Shown: piece after piece, positions 14,701-22,676 of the stretch
Numbering within the stretch: position 1 is the stretch's first letter
How the letters are laid out: the number at the start of each line of letters is the position of its first letter
Source: a virus
Lineage: Duplodnaviria; Caudoviricetes
Virus record (IMG/VR): IMGVR_UViG_3300025392_000121
Location: 1-24,855 of that record
DNA: 24,855 nt
Reading direction: 5' to 3' (one strand)
The notes under the pieces: generated by a model
What the model was told of the DNA's origin: nothing
Databases searched by the model: none
The model's input: the letters and a program-made list of their open reading frames with translations, nothing else
Program-made: the position numbers and the translations under genes

Positions 14701-14966
14701 CCGGCAAGGATTCTGATAGGAGCGCGAGTCTGTAGCGTTGCTCCGGTTCCGTTAGTCGTACCGTTAATAAAGAACCCGGTTCTATTGTCGAGTGTCATAG
14801 TTAACGTCGACGATTCGATACGGTCGAGGTAGTGCTGACGACCGGCGCTGGTCTGGAAGTCGATTACGTACTTGCTAATGTCCGTCCAAGTTTGCGTCTG
14901 CGAGTAGATACTCGAGGAAGTAAACGCAACCTGAACCGCGAGAAGGGGAATAGAGGGAACGTTCAT
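11778..14966 (-). CDS. Large minor tail / baseplate hub protein with LamG and inserted beta domains (start revised to 14966)
   Basis: WTDISKYV, GRQ, LTMTLDNRTGFF, FFQGPDGTFEF, IEHVSHD..GTWHTSYTL; LamG motif SDGLWHHI..LYCDG; SD GGAGG and ATGA overlap. Confidence 0.85.
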   Translation of the reverse strand: MNVPSIPLLAVQVAFTSSSIYSQTQTWTDISKYVIDFQTSAGRQHYLDRIESSTLTMTLDNRTGFFINGTTNGTGATLQTRAPIRILAGWPQLNVTAISGNGSVVTYTCANTYSAGQQVIVSGATTAAFNGVFTVASATSTQFTVSSSYTGTTSTATAAIAYPIFLGVIQSADERVIDALNQDMVITASDYTQFLSLQYMARPNFYSQFVTNTYDQNYYTLGRTGATDVLNGNTGSIIGATNNTQRGVLLYSNDTCLDLTNGGTASNVASFQPFGNTQTSASGGSIDFWFIGAQTNGQSIVSASWNSQTWNVYVATSGELVVAAQVANAAVYHSGIVVSDGLWHHIGFSSYTSGGTTYFYLYCDGTYTLIGSGAGTLPLSIGAIANTLTVGGLSAYINHVVIGNATQTSNNPNILNRWVAGKMLSQTALSGDRIAEILILAGWGTITNGALVPTSLYEVNDNAYNASTAITNISGTGSTATATVSSVPWSVGQRVLIYGQTYSGSIANITWGYLAEGSSFSITSAVGGGGYYTYTAPNASSYLTVGQQVTVTGNSQSFLNGTFTVYSVSSTQFVVTGGSTGTGTGGTAQPVVGTATVTMTAAHGYAVGTPVTISGSSVTSYNGTWVVQSVTSTKWTFVLSVTSSPGLATGGTTSGASYYNGFATVASIPSSTTFTFASTGTLTISGGTVGNITNGSFLVQGLQSSATGSTALDLIQQVTDTDIGAFFQGPDGTFEFDSQGDIYNTQRVATPTGYYVWTDQVTSGASYYNPSSLSIARDDADLWTNVKITPQNGVEQVYENVANESIYGYTSLTKGSTVHLTNDAAYQSAVFLGNLYGSPIPRVQNVELLAETNQGAQLPMMLNGSVGLTTTYLNDTVLFVRNQPGAWGAPITGVTATASNDTTGSGVPATNVSPVYLTFTAPTGETAPLAAGYVTNSTANQGVKITYTGTPPSGATGLAIYVVIGSNVYRASSASTASGQTGLAFAAYAPGLPMDGAISQRMVIEHVSHDFKADPGTWHTSYTLDPYPQRFAQAGYYFLVLDDPTYGKVDPASGSGNNNAVL

Positions 14967-15142
14967 TGAATCGTTCCTCCCCACTTACCGAAGAGCGTCT
15001 TCTTATTACGAACGTCTTTAAGCATCTGGTCTCGTACGGCCTTAGATACTGCCGTAATAAACGCTTGGTCTTTAACTAAACGTGACGCGAGAACCTCGAG
15101 GTCTATCTGAATATCTATGTTCTGATTATTAAAGACCGCCAT
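14963..15142 (-). CDS. 59-aa protein between tape measure and hub; not in ORF track
   Basis: MAVFNNQNIDIQIDLEVLASRLVKDQAFITAVSKAVRDQMLKDVRNKKTLFGKWGGTIQ; TAATG and ATGA coupled. Confidence 0.75.
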   Translation of the reverse strand: MAVFNNQNIDIQIDLEVLASRLVKDQAFITAVSKAVRDQMLKDVRNKKTLFGKWGGTIQ

Positions 15143-16911
15143 TATTTAACCGTAACCGTAACCGAGTAGTTACCCTTCTGGTCTTGCTTGGCGAAGTTCT
15201 GTAGAGCCTTCGCGAACTCGGTCGAAGAAATCGAGACGTTGTTCTTTTGAGCCCACGACTGAAGTGCCGCGTCCTGTGCCTTCGTAATCATCCCGGAGAC
15301 TCCTCCAAACTGATAACCATCAGAAATGTATCCTCCATAGGTCATCTCGATTAACTGATTCACTCCGGTTCCCTTAGTAGGAGTGTTCCCAGACGTGTAG
15401 GTTCCCGGAAGGTCATTGAGTTTAGGAAGTGCCTTTGCGAAGGGGTCGAGAATGGTCTTCTTAGTTAGGTACAGTTCTCCGGCCAGAGCCAATAATGCGG
15501 CCGCACCTCCGACCATCGCGAACTTACCGTCCTTCTCAATAGTAGGAAGAACTCCGCCTCCGCTCTTACCTAGTAGCGCGTCGGTATTCTCCTGTAGAGC
15601 GGTCGTGTTCATTTGCGTTGCGATTAACTGCTTCGTCGAGTTAAAGAGAGAGATTGCCCCCTTAATGAAGTTGTATAACTTAAGGCCGACCGCTCCGATA
15701 AATGCGGCTCCGAGAACGTCGCCAATCATCTTCATATCGCCGGGGTTCTTCATCCAGCCGTTTACTTCTTTAAGGACGTTCGTAACCGCCGGAAGAATCT
15801 TGTCTCCGATAGTAATAAGCGTGTCCTCGAACTGCGTCTTAAAGTTCGCCATCGCTCCGCCGGTCGTATTAAGCCAGACGTTAAACGCGTTAGCGGTCGC
15901 GCCTCCGGCTCCGGTTCCGAGAATCTTATTAACCTGCGGAAGAACTTGGATAATGCTCTGTGCCGCTCGTCCTCCTGCGGCTCCGAAGACTTGATTAAGG
16001 AACTGAATCTCTCCTGCGGCTCGTTGCGTCTTAGTCGCGTTCTTCTCCCACGCACTATTAATGTCGTTAAGGACGGTAATGAATCCGCCGGGCTTACGAA
16101 CGTCTGACGCGAGTTGCGCTTGATTAAGTCCTAGTTGCTTAAACGCGATAGAAGAGTTAGACGACTTACCCTTGATATTCGTCATCGGCTTATCGAGAGC
16201 CGCAAGAGCGGTTGCGATTCCCTGCGTAGCCTTCGTACCGGTTACGTTAACGTCCGCGAATCCTCCGAGTAGCGCGGTAGCGGTCTTAATGTCGATTCCG
16301 TACGACGCGAAGATAGATAGCGTACGTCCGCTAAGCGTGTCGGTAAGTTGCGTTGCGGTAATACGAGAGTTCTTTACTGCGTTAGTAAAGATATCCATTG
16401 TCTGCGTAAGGTTCTTCGTCCCGGCCATATGTGCGGCCTGAACTCCGAGAGCGGCAGTTAGAGTCTGATTAAGGTCGACGTTCTGCGTCTTCGCGAACTC
16501 TGCGGCTGACGCGACTCCCTGTTGCGCGTCCTTAACCGAGAGACCTGCCTTCGCGGTAAGGGTAAACGCGTTAGCGATATCGACGGCCGAAGTAGCCGTT
16601 GCGCGCGATACGTCGAGTGCGGCCTTCTTTAGTTCCTCGACTTGTCCTGCCGTGTAGTTCGACTGAAGACCAATCTTGTCGAGTGCTTCGTTATAGTCGT
16701 AGGCCATCTTCGTTGCGGCAACTGCGAGTCCTGCGGCTCCGGCGAGAATGCCGGTCGCCATCTTCTGACCGTAAACGCTGAACCGTTGCGACATAGTCGC
16801 ACCCTTAGCGTTCATCTCCTCCATACCGTGAAGGACTTCGTTCTTTGCGAAGTTAAACTCCCTCGCTGACGCGATGAGTTCGATAAGAACCGGAGGTAGG
16901 AATGAGTTCAT
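15142..16911 (-). CDS. Tape measure protein (TP901-family core)
   Basis: Ala-rich helical protein, LPPVLIELIA N-terminus, AKAGLS, KQLGL, QVFG motifs; position. Confidence 0.92.
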   Translation of the reverse strand: MNSFLPPVLIELIASAREFNFAKNEVLHGMEEMNAKGATMSQRFSVYGQKMATGILAGAAGLAVAATKMAYDYNEALDKIGLQSNYTAGQVEELKKAALDVSRATATSAVDIANAFTLTAKAGLSVKDAQQGVASAAEFAKTQNVDLNQTLTAALGVQAAHMAGTKNLTQTMDIFTNAVKNSRITATQLTDTLSGRTLSIFASYGIDIKTATALLGGFADVNVTGTKATQGIATALAALDKPMTNIKGKSSNSSIAFKQLGLNQAQLASDVRKPGGFITVLNDINSAWEKNATKTQRAAGEIQFLNQVFGAAGGRAAQSIIQVLPQVNKILGTGAGGATANAFNVWLNTTGGAMANFKTQFEDTLITIGDKILPAVTNVLKEVNGWMKNPGDMKMIGDVLGAAFIGAVGLKLYNFIKGAISLFNSTKQLIATQMNTTALQENTDALLGKSGGGVLPTIEKDGKFAMVGGAAALLALAGELYLTKKTILDPFAKALPKLNDLPGTYTSGNTPTKGTGVNQLIEMTYGGYISDGYQFGGVSGMITKAQDAALQSWAQKNNVSISSTEFAKALQNFAKQDQKGNYSVTVTVK

Positions 16912-17345
16912 TAGCGGAGCACCTCTTCTAGTTCTCTACGGTATAAGGCCTCGAGTTTAGGCTTGGCGCGGTTAAAGCCGGGAGCAAGGTAGGGGAACTT
17001 GCGCGTCATCTGGTGGCCGGGACCAGCACCGCCGGAGTATCCGAGTTCGACGCGTCGACCGTAGACGACAGTTGGACCAACGCTTGCGGAGAATCGACCG
17101 GCTCCTGTAGCGCGAGCCTTAGTCGTGTTAATCGAGTTACGAAGATTACCGGTTCGCTGTGTAGGTCGAGGAAGTCGTGCCGGGAGTTTATCCGGAGGAT
17201 TGAATCCCTGCTTCGCTTCGTTCGCGACGAGAATCGTTCCCTTCTCGACGACGCGCTTCATAGCCTCGTCGAAACTAAACGCGAGACGGTTAAGAGCCTG
17301 TGCGGTCTCCTTCGTTCCCTTAATCTCAACGCGCGCGTTAACCAT
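16911..17345 (-). CDS. HK97 gp10-like tail component
   Basis: RTGNLRNSI, VGPTVVYGRRVELG, FPYLAPGF. Confidence 0.85.
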   Translation of the reverse strand: MVNARVEIKGTKETAQALNRLAFSFDEAMKRVVEKGTILVANEAKQGFNPPDKLPARLPRPTQRTGNLRNSINTTKARATGAGRFSASVGPTVVYGRRVELGYSGGAGPGHQMTRKFPYLAPGFNRAKPKLEALYRRELEEVLR

Positions 17346-17933
17346 TCTCTACCTTTTTGACGACTCCATCTATTGTAAGCAACCAGTCGACGACTTCGCT
17401 TGGCTGTGCTAGATAGTCTTCGTGTGAGCCACCGAAGGTACTACGGAACCGATACTCCCGATAGTAGGAATATACTTCCGCGTCGAGTTCCGCGTCTTTA
17501 CCTCGAAGTATGGCCTCTAGTCGGCCGATTCTCCGATAACCGCTAAAGGGTCTATCGCTCCGTCAGGAGAGAAGTCGACGACGACGTTGTTATATTCGTC
17601 TAAGCAAGCCTTTGCGAGTGCGTCGAATATTAACTTTGGTAGGTCGAGTACGGAAGATGACGTAGGCAGTTCTCCGAGAGACCACGAACGTACCATCTGT
17701 ACGATAAGCGTCGCCTCGAATCCGTTAACCGCGTCTTGCTCTTCGGTCGTAATCTCGTTCCACTTACTCCACGTCGTCGGGTCGTTCTCGTCGAATCCAA
17801 GAGACACGAGTTTAGACGCGGTCGCTCCGGCAATCATCATTGAGCGAGCAACCTCTCGAGACGCGCGCTCTGATAACTCCGAACGTGACGCGATAATCGC
17901 GGACGCTCCGTTAGGTAGTGATACTGCTGGCAT
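17338..17933 (-). CDS. Tail assembly chaperone, long form via -1 programmed frameshift
   Basis: -1 frame open from the slippery site for 70 codons (...YREYRFRSTFGGSHEDYLAQPSEVVDWLLTID...) to TAA at 17338. Confidence 0.85.
17517..17933 (-). CDS. Tail assembly chaperone, short form
   Basis: Follows tail tube gene; VRSWSL, LDLP motifs; ends DPLAVIGESAD. Confidence 0.88.
   Translation of the reverse strand: MPAVSLPNGASAIIASRSELSERASREVARSMMIAGATASKLVSLGFDENDPTTWSKWNEITTEEQDAVNGFEATLIVQMVRSWSLGELPTSSSVLDLPKLIFDALAKACLDEYNNVVVDFSPDGAIDPLAVIGESAD
17544..17550 (-). other. Slippery heptamer C CCT TTA
   Basis: X XXY YYZ in the correct phase (GAC CCT TTA). Confidence 0.85.
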
Positions 17934-17951
17934 TGTTCTCCCCTTTACTTA

Positions 17952-18968
17952 TTAGTTAAACGCGGTTGCGGTTCCGTTAACAATGGTAGCGGTTATTGGC
18001 GAGTAGCCGGTCGTAGCGTCGGTCGTGTTCGCGTTAGCGGTGAAGGTGACTTCTACTTCCGTAAACTCTTTGCCACGAAGACGCTTAACGTCTTGGAACT
18101 GAACGCTCGACATCTGGAACTTAACCGAGTGATTAATGGAGTTCGTAATGTCGTTAGGGTCAGTAAGAGTAATAACGAGAGCCTGTGGTGAGCGCGTAAG
18201 AGCGGTCGCGCTAGTTCCGGTACTGAATACGTCCGAGGTCGAGTTAACTACTGCGGTGAACTTACCGGTTACGTCGATTGGACCGGCGAAGTTATAAAGA
18301 GGAGCCTGCGTACCCATAGTGAAGATAGGTTGCGTCTTACGGTCAATCTTTAGTTCGCCCGACTGAATATTCGTGTAGGTAGTTCCGGCGATAGTAATCG
18401 ACGTGTCCCACGCAGGAATCATATGTTCGTTCGAGATAGAGAGCGAAGTAAACGGAGCCGGAGCGGAGGTGTAAGAGGTAAACGGATTAGCAAAGAACTT
18501 AACGGTCGCGTCTGCGGCTGTATCTGCTCCGAAGGTAATCGAGATATCTCCGGCCTGTGAACCGGTAGTCGTGTAGTAGTTCGCGCCGTCGAAGTCGAGT
18601 ATCGAATACGAAGGTGGCTGTGAACCTACAGCGACGTTGTTAAGCAAAGGAATCGAGTGGCTCTGGCTTGCGCCGGTAGCGGTAACGGTGTCGGTTCCTC
18701 CGAGGATAGAGGCCATAAGGACTCCGAAGGTATCGGCAAACAAGTACGTCTTAAAGTCAAACTCGTCGTGTCGTACACCCTGAACTTGGTCATAGACCAT
18801 AACCGGGGAACCGCGAAGAGACTCGTCGCGAATGAATCGCTGTGTAGGCGTAATCTGCGGAGTCGTAACCGGGATGTAGTACGGAGTACCTGACGCTGGG
18901 AGAGTTCCTCGGGTCGCTTCTTTGATAAGCCCGAGGTAACTATTTGCGGAGAGATAAGCGTTAGCCAT
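17952..18968 (-). CDS. Major tail (tube) protein
   Basis: YLGLIKEATRGT, DESLRGS, QPPSYS, DVTGKFT; Thr-rich beta protein before the chaperone. Confidence 0.88.
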   Translation of the reverse strand: MANAYLSANSYLGLIKEATRGTLPASGTPYYIPVTTPQITPTQRFIRDESLRGSPVMVYDQVQGVRHDEFDFKTYLFADTFGVLMASILGGTDTVTATGASQSHSIPLLNNVAVGSQPPSYSILDFDGANYYTTTGSQAGDISITFGADTAADATVKFFANPFTSYTSAPAPFTSLSISNEHMIPAWDTSITIAGTTYTNIQSGELKIDRKTQPIFTMGTQAPLYNFAGPIDVTGKFTAVVNSTSDVFSTGTSATALTRSPQALVITLTDPNDITNSINHSVKFQMSSVQFQDVKRLRGKEFTEVEVTFTANANTTDATTGYSPITATIVNGTATAFN

Positions 18969-18977
18969 TTAGAGTCC

Positions 18978-19166
18978 TTAGTTGCTTGATGTTGCGTCTG
19001 CGGCCGGAGCCGAAGTCTTCGTCGATGATACAGCACTCCAACGTCCGTCCGCAGGGTCAGCGTCGAGGTCGTAGACAGTACCCGGTTCGGCAACGAGTAC
19101 CGCTCCGTTAACGACGATATTTGGATAGACGCGCTCCTCGTCTCCGGTGTAAGTGAACTTTGCCAT
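18978..19166 (-). CDS. Small hypothetical neck/tail protein
   Basis: SD AAGGA; FTYTG..R.YP motif. Confidence 0.7.
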   Translation of the reverse strand: MAKFTYTGDEERVYPNIVVNGAVLVAEPGTVYDLDADPADGRWSAVSSTKTSAPAADATSSN

Positions 19167-19174
19167 TGGAATCC

Positions 19175-19699
19175 TTAAGCGTTAATAATCTCTATGACGG
19201 TTACTCGAACGGAAGAGTAGACCTGCGTCACGCTTCCCATACCGTTTAACTGTCTCGGGTAATACGATGTTACCTCAATATCGCTTCCGCCGTTAGTCGA
19301 ACCTTCTCCCCATTGGAAGATAGTTCCGTCAGTTGTACCGGCGTTACGGTCTGCGCGAATCGCAGAGACGAGCGAATCGAGGAATGCTTCGTTATCCGCT
19401 CCTGCGTCTTCCGACTTCTTCTTCGTAGAGCGTAAGAAACAGTCGAGGACGACTTCGTAGGTAACTTCCTTCTTACCGCTATGCGCTCCTCCGAGAGCGA
19501 TACGAGACTCGCGTTCGGACGCGAAGTAAAGGTAAAGAATCGCTCCGGAGTCGACACCTTTAGGCGCGCCCGGGTCTTCGGAATAGAACTCCATCTCGGG
19601 AGTGAACTTCGCCGGGAACGGCTTAACGGTCGATAGGAACTCGACGTTCGCGTTCTCGAGATACGAGGCGATAGCGGAGCGAACTTTAGCGCGAGACAC
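19175..19699 (-). CDS. Putative tail terminator / head-tail joining protein
   Basis: R..VRSAIA.YL, LDSLVSAIRADR; position before tube gene. Confidence 0.65.
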   Translation of the reverse strand: MSRAKVRSAIASYLENANVEFLSTVKPFPAKFTPEMEFYSEDPGAPKGVDSGAILYLYFASERESRIALGGAHSGKKEVTYEVVLDCFLRSTKKKSEDAGADNEAFLDSLVSAIRADRNAGTTDGTIFQWGEGSTNGGSDIEVTSYYPRQLNGMGSVTQVYSSVRVTVIEIINA

Positions 19700-20622
19700 T
19701 AAGCGCGTCCCCAGATAGCGCGGTATGCGTCGAGTAAGTCGTAACCTTGTATCTCGTCTTCGGCAGATGACTCGACTCGAGACGTAACCGCAGTTGGCTC
19801 TCCTATCTCGTTAAGAACTAATCCGCCTTGACCGCGTTGCTTAATCATCGCGACTACGAAGTGGATAACCGCTTGCTTAACTTCCGCAGGAAGAGCGGAG
19901 ACGTTAACTCCCTTACCGTGCTTAAACGAGAGCGGAGTAGTAAATACAATCGTGTTACTTCCCGGAACGTACGAAGAGTCGACCTGACGATACTCGTCGT
20001 TCATACCGTCCCAGATAGTAAGACTCATACCGGGATAGATTCCGGTCGGGTCGAGAACCGTAATGCTCGTCGCTCCGGCCGCACTTGTAGCGGTCGTAAA
20101 GGAGTTAGCCCAGCCGTTGGTGTATGAATACGCGACGAAGAGTTGCGCGTTAGGAGCCCAGTTACCACCGGCGATACTTAGTGGTCCGGTAGTAAGCCCG
20201 ATACTCGACGCGTAAGTAACGATGAACTCGTTACGTTCGATAGAAGTGTTATCTGCGGTAAGCGTAACCGGCTGTAATCCGACTCCGGGGCCATAGCCGC
20301 AAGAGAAGGAGTTAACCGCGATAATCGGAGAGAAGTGAGGGTTAACGATTATCTGTCCGTAGCGGTTCGGACGGTATCGACCGTTCTCCGTATTAACCGA
20401 CGCGTTAAGAGTTCCGTACTGTCCCATTGTGTAGACATCTGCCTTCGAGGAGGCTCGAACGATTACCTCCGAGAGCGCGCGGTCTTGTACCGCTTGCGTA
20501 GCGTTCTCGATAAGGTTCGTAAAGTCGATTGCCGACGCGGTAGCGGAGAACTTAACCTCGTCTAAAGAGACGTACGGTTCGACTCGACCTGCGGCTTGAT
20601 TGTACGAGGCTACAACAGACAT
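19699..20622 (-). CDS. Head-tail adaptor with inserted beta domain (start revised to 20622)
   Basis: PYVSLDE, RASSKAD, YTNGW...LPAEVKQAVI, LLDAYR; TAATG coupling. Confidence 0.75.
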   Translation of the reverse strand: MSVVASYNQAAGRVEPYVSLDEVKFSATASAIDFTNLIENATQAVQDRALSEVIVRASSKADVYTMGQYGTLNASVNTENGRYRPNRYGQIIVNPHFSPIIAVNSFSCGYGPGVGLQPVTLTADNTSIERNEFIVTYASSIGLTTGPLSIAGGNWAPNAQLFVAYSYTNGWANSFTTATSAAGATSITVLDPTGIYPGMSLTIWDGMNDEYRQVDSSYVPGSNTIVFTTPLSFKHGKGVNVSALPAEVKQAVIHFVVAMIKQRGQGGLVLNEIGEPTAVTSRVESSAEDEIQGYDLLDAYRAIWGRA

Positions 20623-20876
20623 TATTCTTCTTCCGGAGTTAGGTTCGTAGAGCCACACTTACCGCACTTATTACGGAAGACGGATACGAAACCGCACTCG
20701 CAACGATAGCCTCTTGCGGATTGGAACGTCGTCCCGGCTACCGCGAAGTCTCCGCTCTTCTTTAGAATCGACGCGTCGTTCCCGGAGACGTTAAACGTTC
20801 CGTCCTTCGAGCGGTTGATTACTTTGCCGTTAACCTCGACTTGCTTAAGTCCTCGGTCGCTTCCGACTAATCGCAT
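20622..20876 (-). CDS. Small zinc-ribbon protein
   Basis: CECGF...CGKCG; SD AAGGAG. Confidence 0.75.
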   Translation of the reverse strand: MRLVGSDRGLKQVEVNGKVINRSKDGTFNVSGNDASILKKSGDFAVAGTTFQSARGYRCECGFVSVFRNKCGKCGSTNLTPEEE

Positions 20877-20893
20877 ATGTGTTCTCTCCTTGT

Positions 20894-20972
20894 AAATAGA
20901 AGAGGACGGTTCGCAGGTCAGGGGAGCAAACCTACGAACCGTCCTCCGGTGCTAGTCCTTTAAGGTACTAGC
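20894..20972 (-). terminator. Tandem hairpins / terminator after the capsid gene
   Basis: GCTAGT...ACTAGC hairpin, then 17-bp stem 20902..20918/20930..20946 followed by TTCTATTT. Confidence 0.75.
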
Positions 20973-20986
20973 GAGTGGACACCAAC

Positions 20987-22645
20987 TTAGTTGTTGATGT
21001 TGGTGATAGCGGCTGACCAAGCAGGAGCGCGGAATGCGAGCGTACCGTATTGGTAAGTCGACAAGTCCCACGACAACTGAATCTGTGGCCATTCGAGGAC
21101 AATCATATCCTGAACGTTTACAGCCTGAACGGTCTCGCTTACGCCCGAGTCAGGGAACGGCAACGACTTGGAGTGAACCAAAGCGACACCGGCTGGCATA
21201 TAAGGGTGAGCAACAACGTCGACCATCTTGCCGGTCGACTCGTTCTGGATTGCGGTTACGACTGAACCGATAGTGATTCCGTCGGAGCCGGTCTGGTAGT
21301 TCAGACGGTAGCCGGTAGGAGTACCTTCCTGCTGAATCGAACGAGCAAGCGCGCGACGAATCGACGCGGTCGTAAGAATCATATCTGGGTCAGCGATTAC
21401 GTTCGAGTAAAGGCTGGCGAAGACGTTCTGGAAGTCCGCACCGGGTTCGCTCAATGAGAGTGCCGCGTTAAGAGCGGTAGTCGCAGGTGAGTTAGTAGCG
21501 TTCGAGAACGTACTAATGAAACCGTCGTAACCAAGTGAGTTACCTGAACCGTTGTCGGCTGAAGTCGAAGGCAGAGCAGACACAACGACGAAGGTCGAAG
21601 GACTTACTGCGCCGGTCGAGAGAACGGTAGTTCCCTTGTAGAAGACGCTTGAAACGGTTACGTAGGTGTTAATAGCCAACGTACCTGAAGGAACGCCGAC
21701 GAGTGAGTTCAGTTTTACACCCTGACCGGCGGTTGCGTTAGTAACGCTTCCGGCGGAGAAGGCCTGTGACTCACCAGCAGATGAACTGAAGGTAACGATT
21801 ACGGCAGATGAAGAGGTCGCAGGCAGACCGGTTCCGCTAACAGTCGTGTCGTTAGCCGCAGTTGCCGAGGCACCCGAGATAGACAAGACGGTCGAACGGC
21901 CGTTAAGCATATTGCGCTCTTCGCCCAACATATGCGCCCAGATTGCTGACGTGTGGCTCAACTGACGAAGGTCTGTGTAACCCTGACCAGCGAACTGCGC
22001 GGTGAGGTCGACTTGGTCGGACACACCCTGATTAACGTGCGACAGGACAATCTTGTCTGCGGCGTAACTAATCTTCGCAGGACGGTTCAGAGAGACGGAA
22101 CCGAAGGTTGCGGTCGCGCCGGTTGGGTTGAAGAACGTGTTGAGGTTCGCAACGCCACCGGTGTTTGAGTTAGAGACACCGAGGATTCGACGGAACTCGT
22201 AAGCCTGACCGATTCCACCGATACGGCTGGTCGAGTTACGCAAGATGAACGAGCGAGGTACGAGCAGGGCAAGGGCAGGGTCGAGGTCGTAAGGTACGAG
22301 ACCGGTAACGCCTGAAGTGCTGTTGTTAAGTGGGTTAGTCAGAGTCCATTCGGAGCCAGCCTTAGTTACGTCCTGAACTCGGTCGAGTGCGGAAGTAATG
22401 TCGGCCACCTGCTCGGCGGTCATTGACTTGTTAAGTACGTCGCGGAGTTCACCGATACGGTCACTTACGCTTGCGCTCTTAACAATGGACTGTCCGTTAA
22501 AGGTTGCGGAACCTTGACGGAATGACTGAAGGCTACGTGCCTGCGCTCCGGAGAGTGCGGCCTTGTAAGCCTCGAAACGGTCGAGACGTTGTTCGGCAGG
22601 AAGTCCGCCGAATAGTTCGTCAACCTGTGGAGTGGCGAATGCCAT
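20987..22645 (-). CDS. Major capsid protein (HK97 fold) with inserted domain
   Basis: GLVPYDL, LRNSTSR, EERNMLNG, VAHPYMPAG, YGTLAFRAP; between protease and terminator. Confidence 0.9.
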   Translation of the reverse strand: MAFATPQVDELFGGLPAEQRLDRFEAYKAALSGAQARSLQSFRQGSATFNGQSIVKSASVSDRIGELRDVLNKSMTAEQVADITSALDRVQDVTKAGSEWTLTNPLNNSTSGVTGLVPYDLDPALALLVPRSFILRNSTSRIGGIGQAYEFRRILGVSNSNTGGVANLNTFFNPTGATATFGSVSLNRPAKISYAADKIVLSHVNQGVSDQVDLTAQFAGQGYTDLRQLSHTSAIWAHMLGEERNMLNGRSTVLSISGASATAANDTTVSGTGLPATSSSAVIVTFSSSAGESQAFSAGSVTNATAGQGVKLNSLVGVPSGTLAINTYVTVSSVFYKGTTVLSTGAVSPSTFVVVSALPSTSADNGSGNSLGYDGFISTFSNATNSPATTALNAALSLSEPGADFQNVFASLYSNVIADPDMILTTASIRRALARSIQQEGTPTGYRLNYQTGSDGITIGSVVTAIQNESTGKMVDVVAHPYMPAGVALVHSKSLPFPDSGVSETVQAVNVQDMIVLEWPQIQLSWDLSTYQYGTLAFRAPAWSAAITNINN

Positions 22646-22676
22646 TTTGATTCCTTTAGGTAGTAGGGGTTAGGGG

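Noticed and set aside
15416-15994. Long plus-strand ORFs here and at 10576..11151, 17587..17955, 23301..23687 and 24356..24700
   Set aside because: Antisense shadows of recognisable minus-strand genes
18626-19093. Alternative-frame minus-strand 155-aa ORF
   Set aside because: Overlaps the tube gene and its neighbour; Arg/Ser/Leu-rich off-frame composition
12048-21874. Diversity-generating retroelement as the source of the shared capsid/tail domain
   Set aside because: No reverse transcriptase in the window; similarity is at protein level and is not adenine-specific
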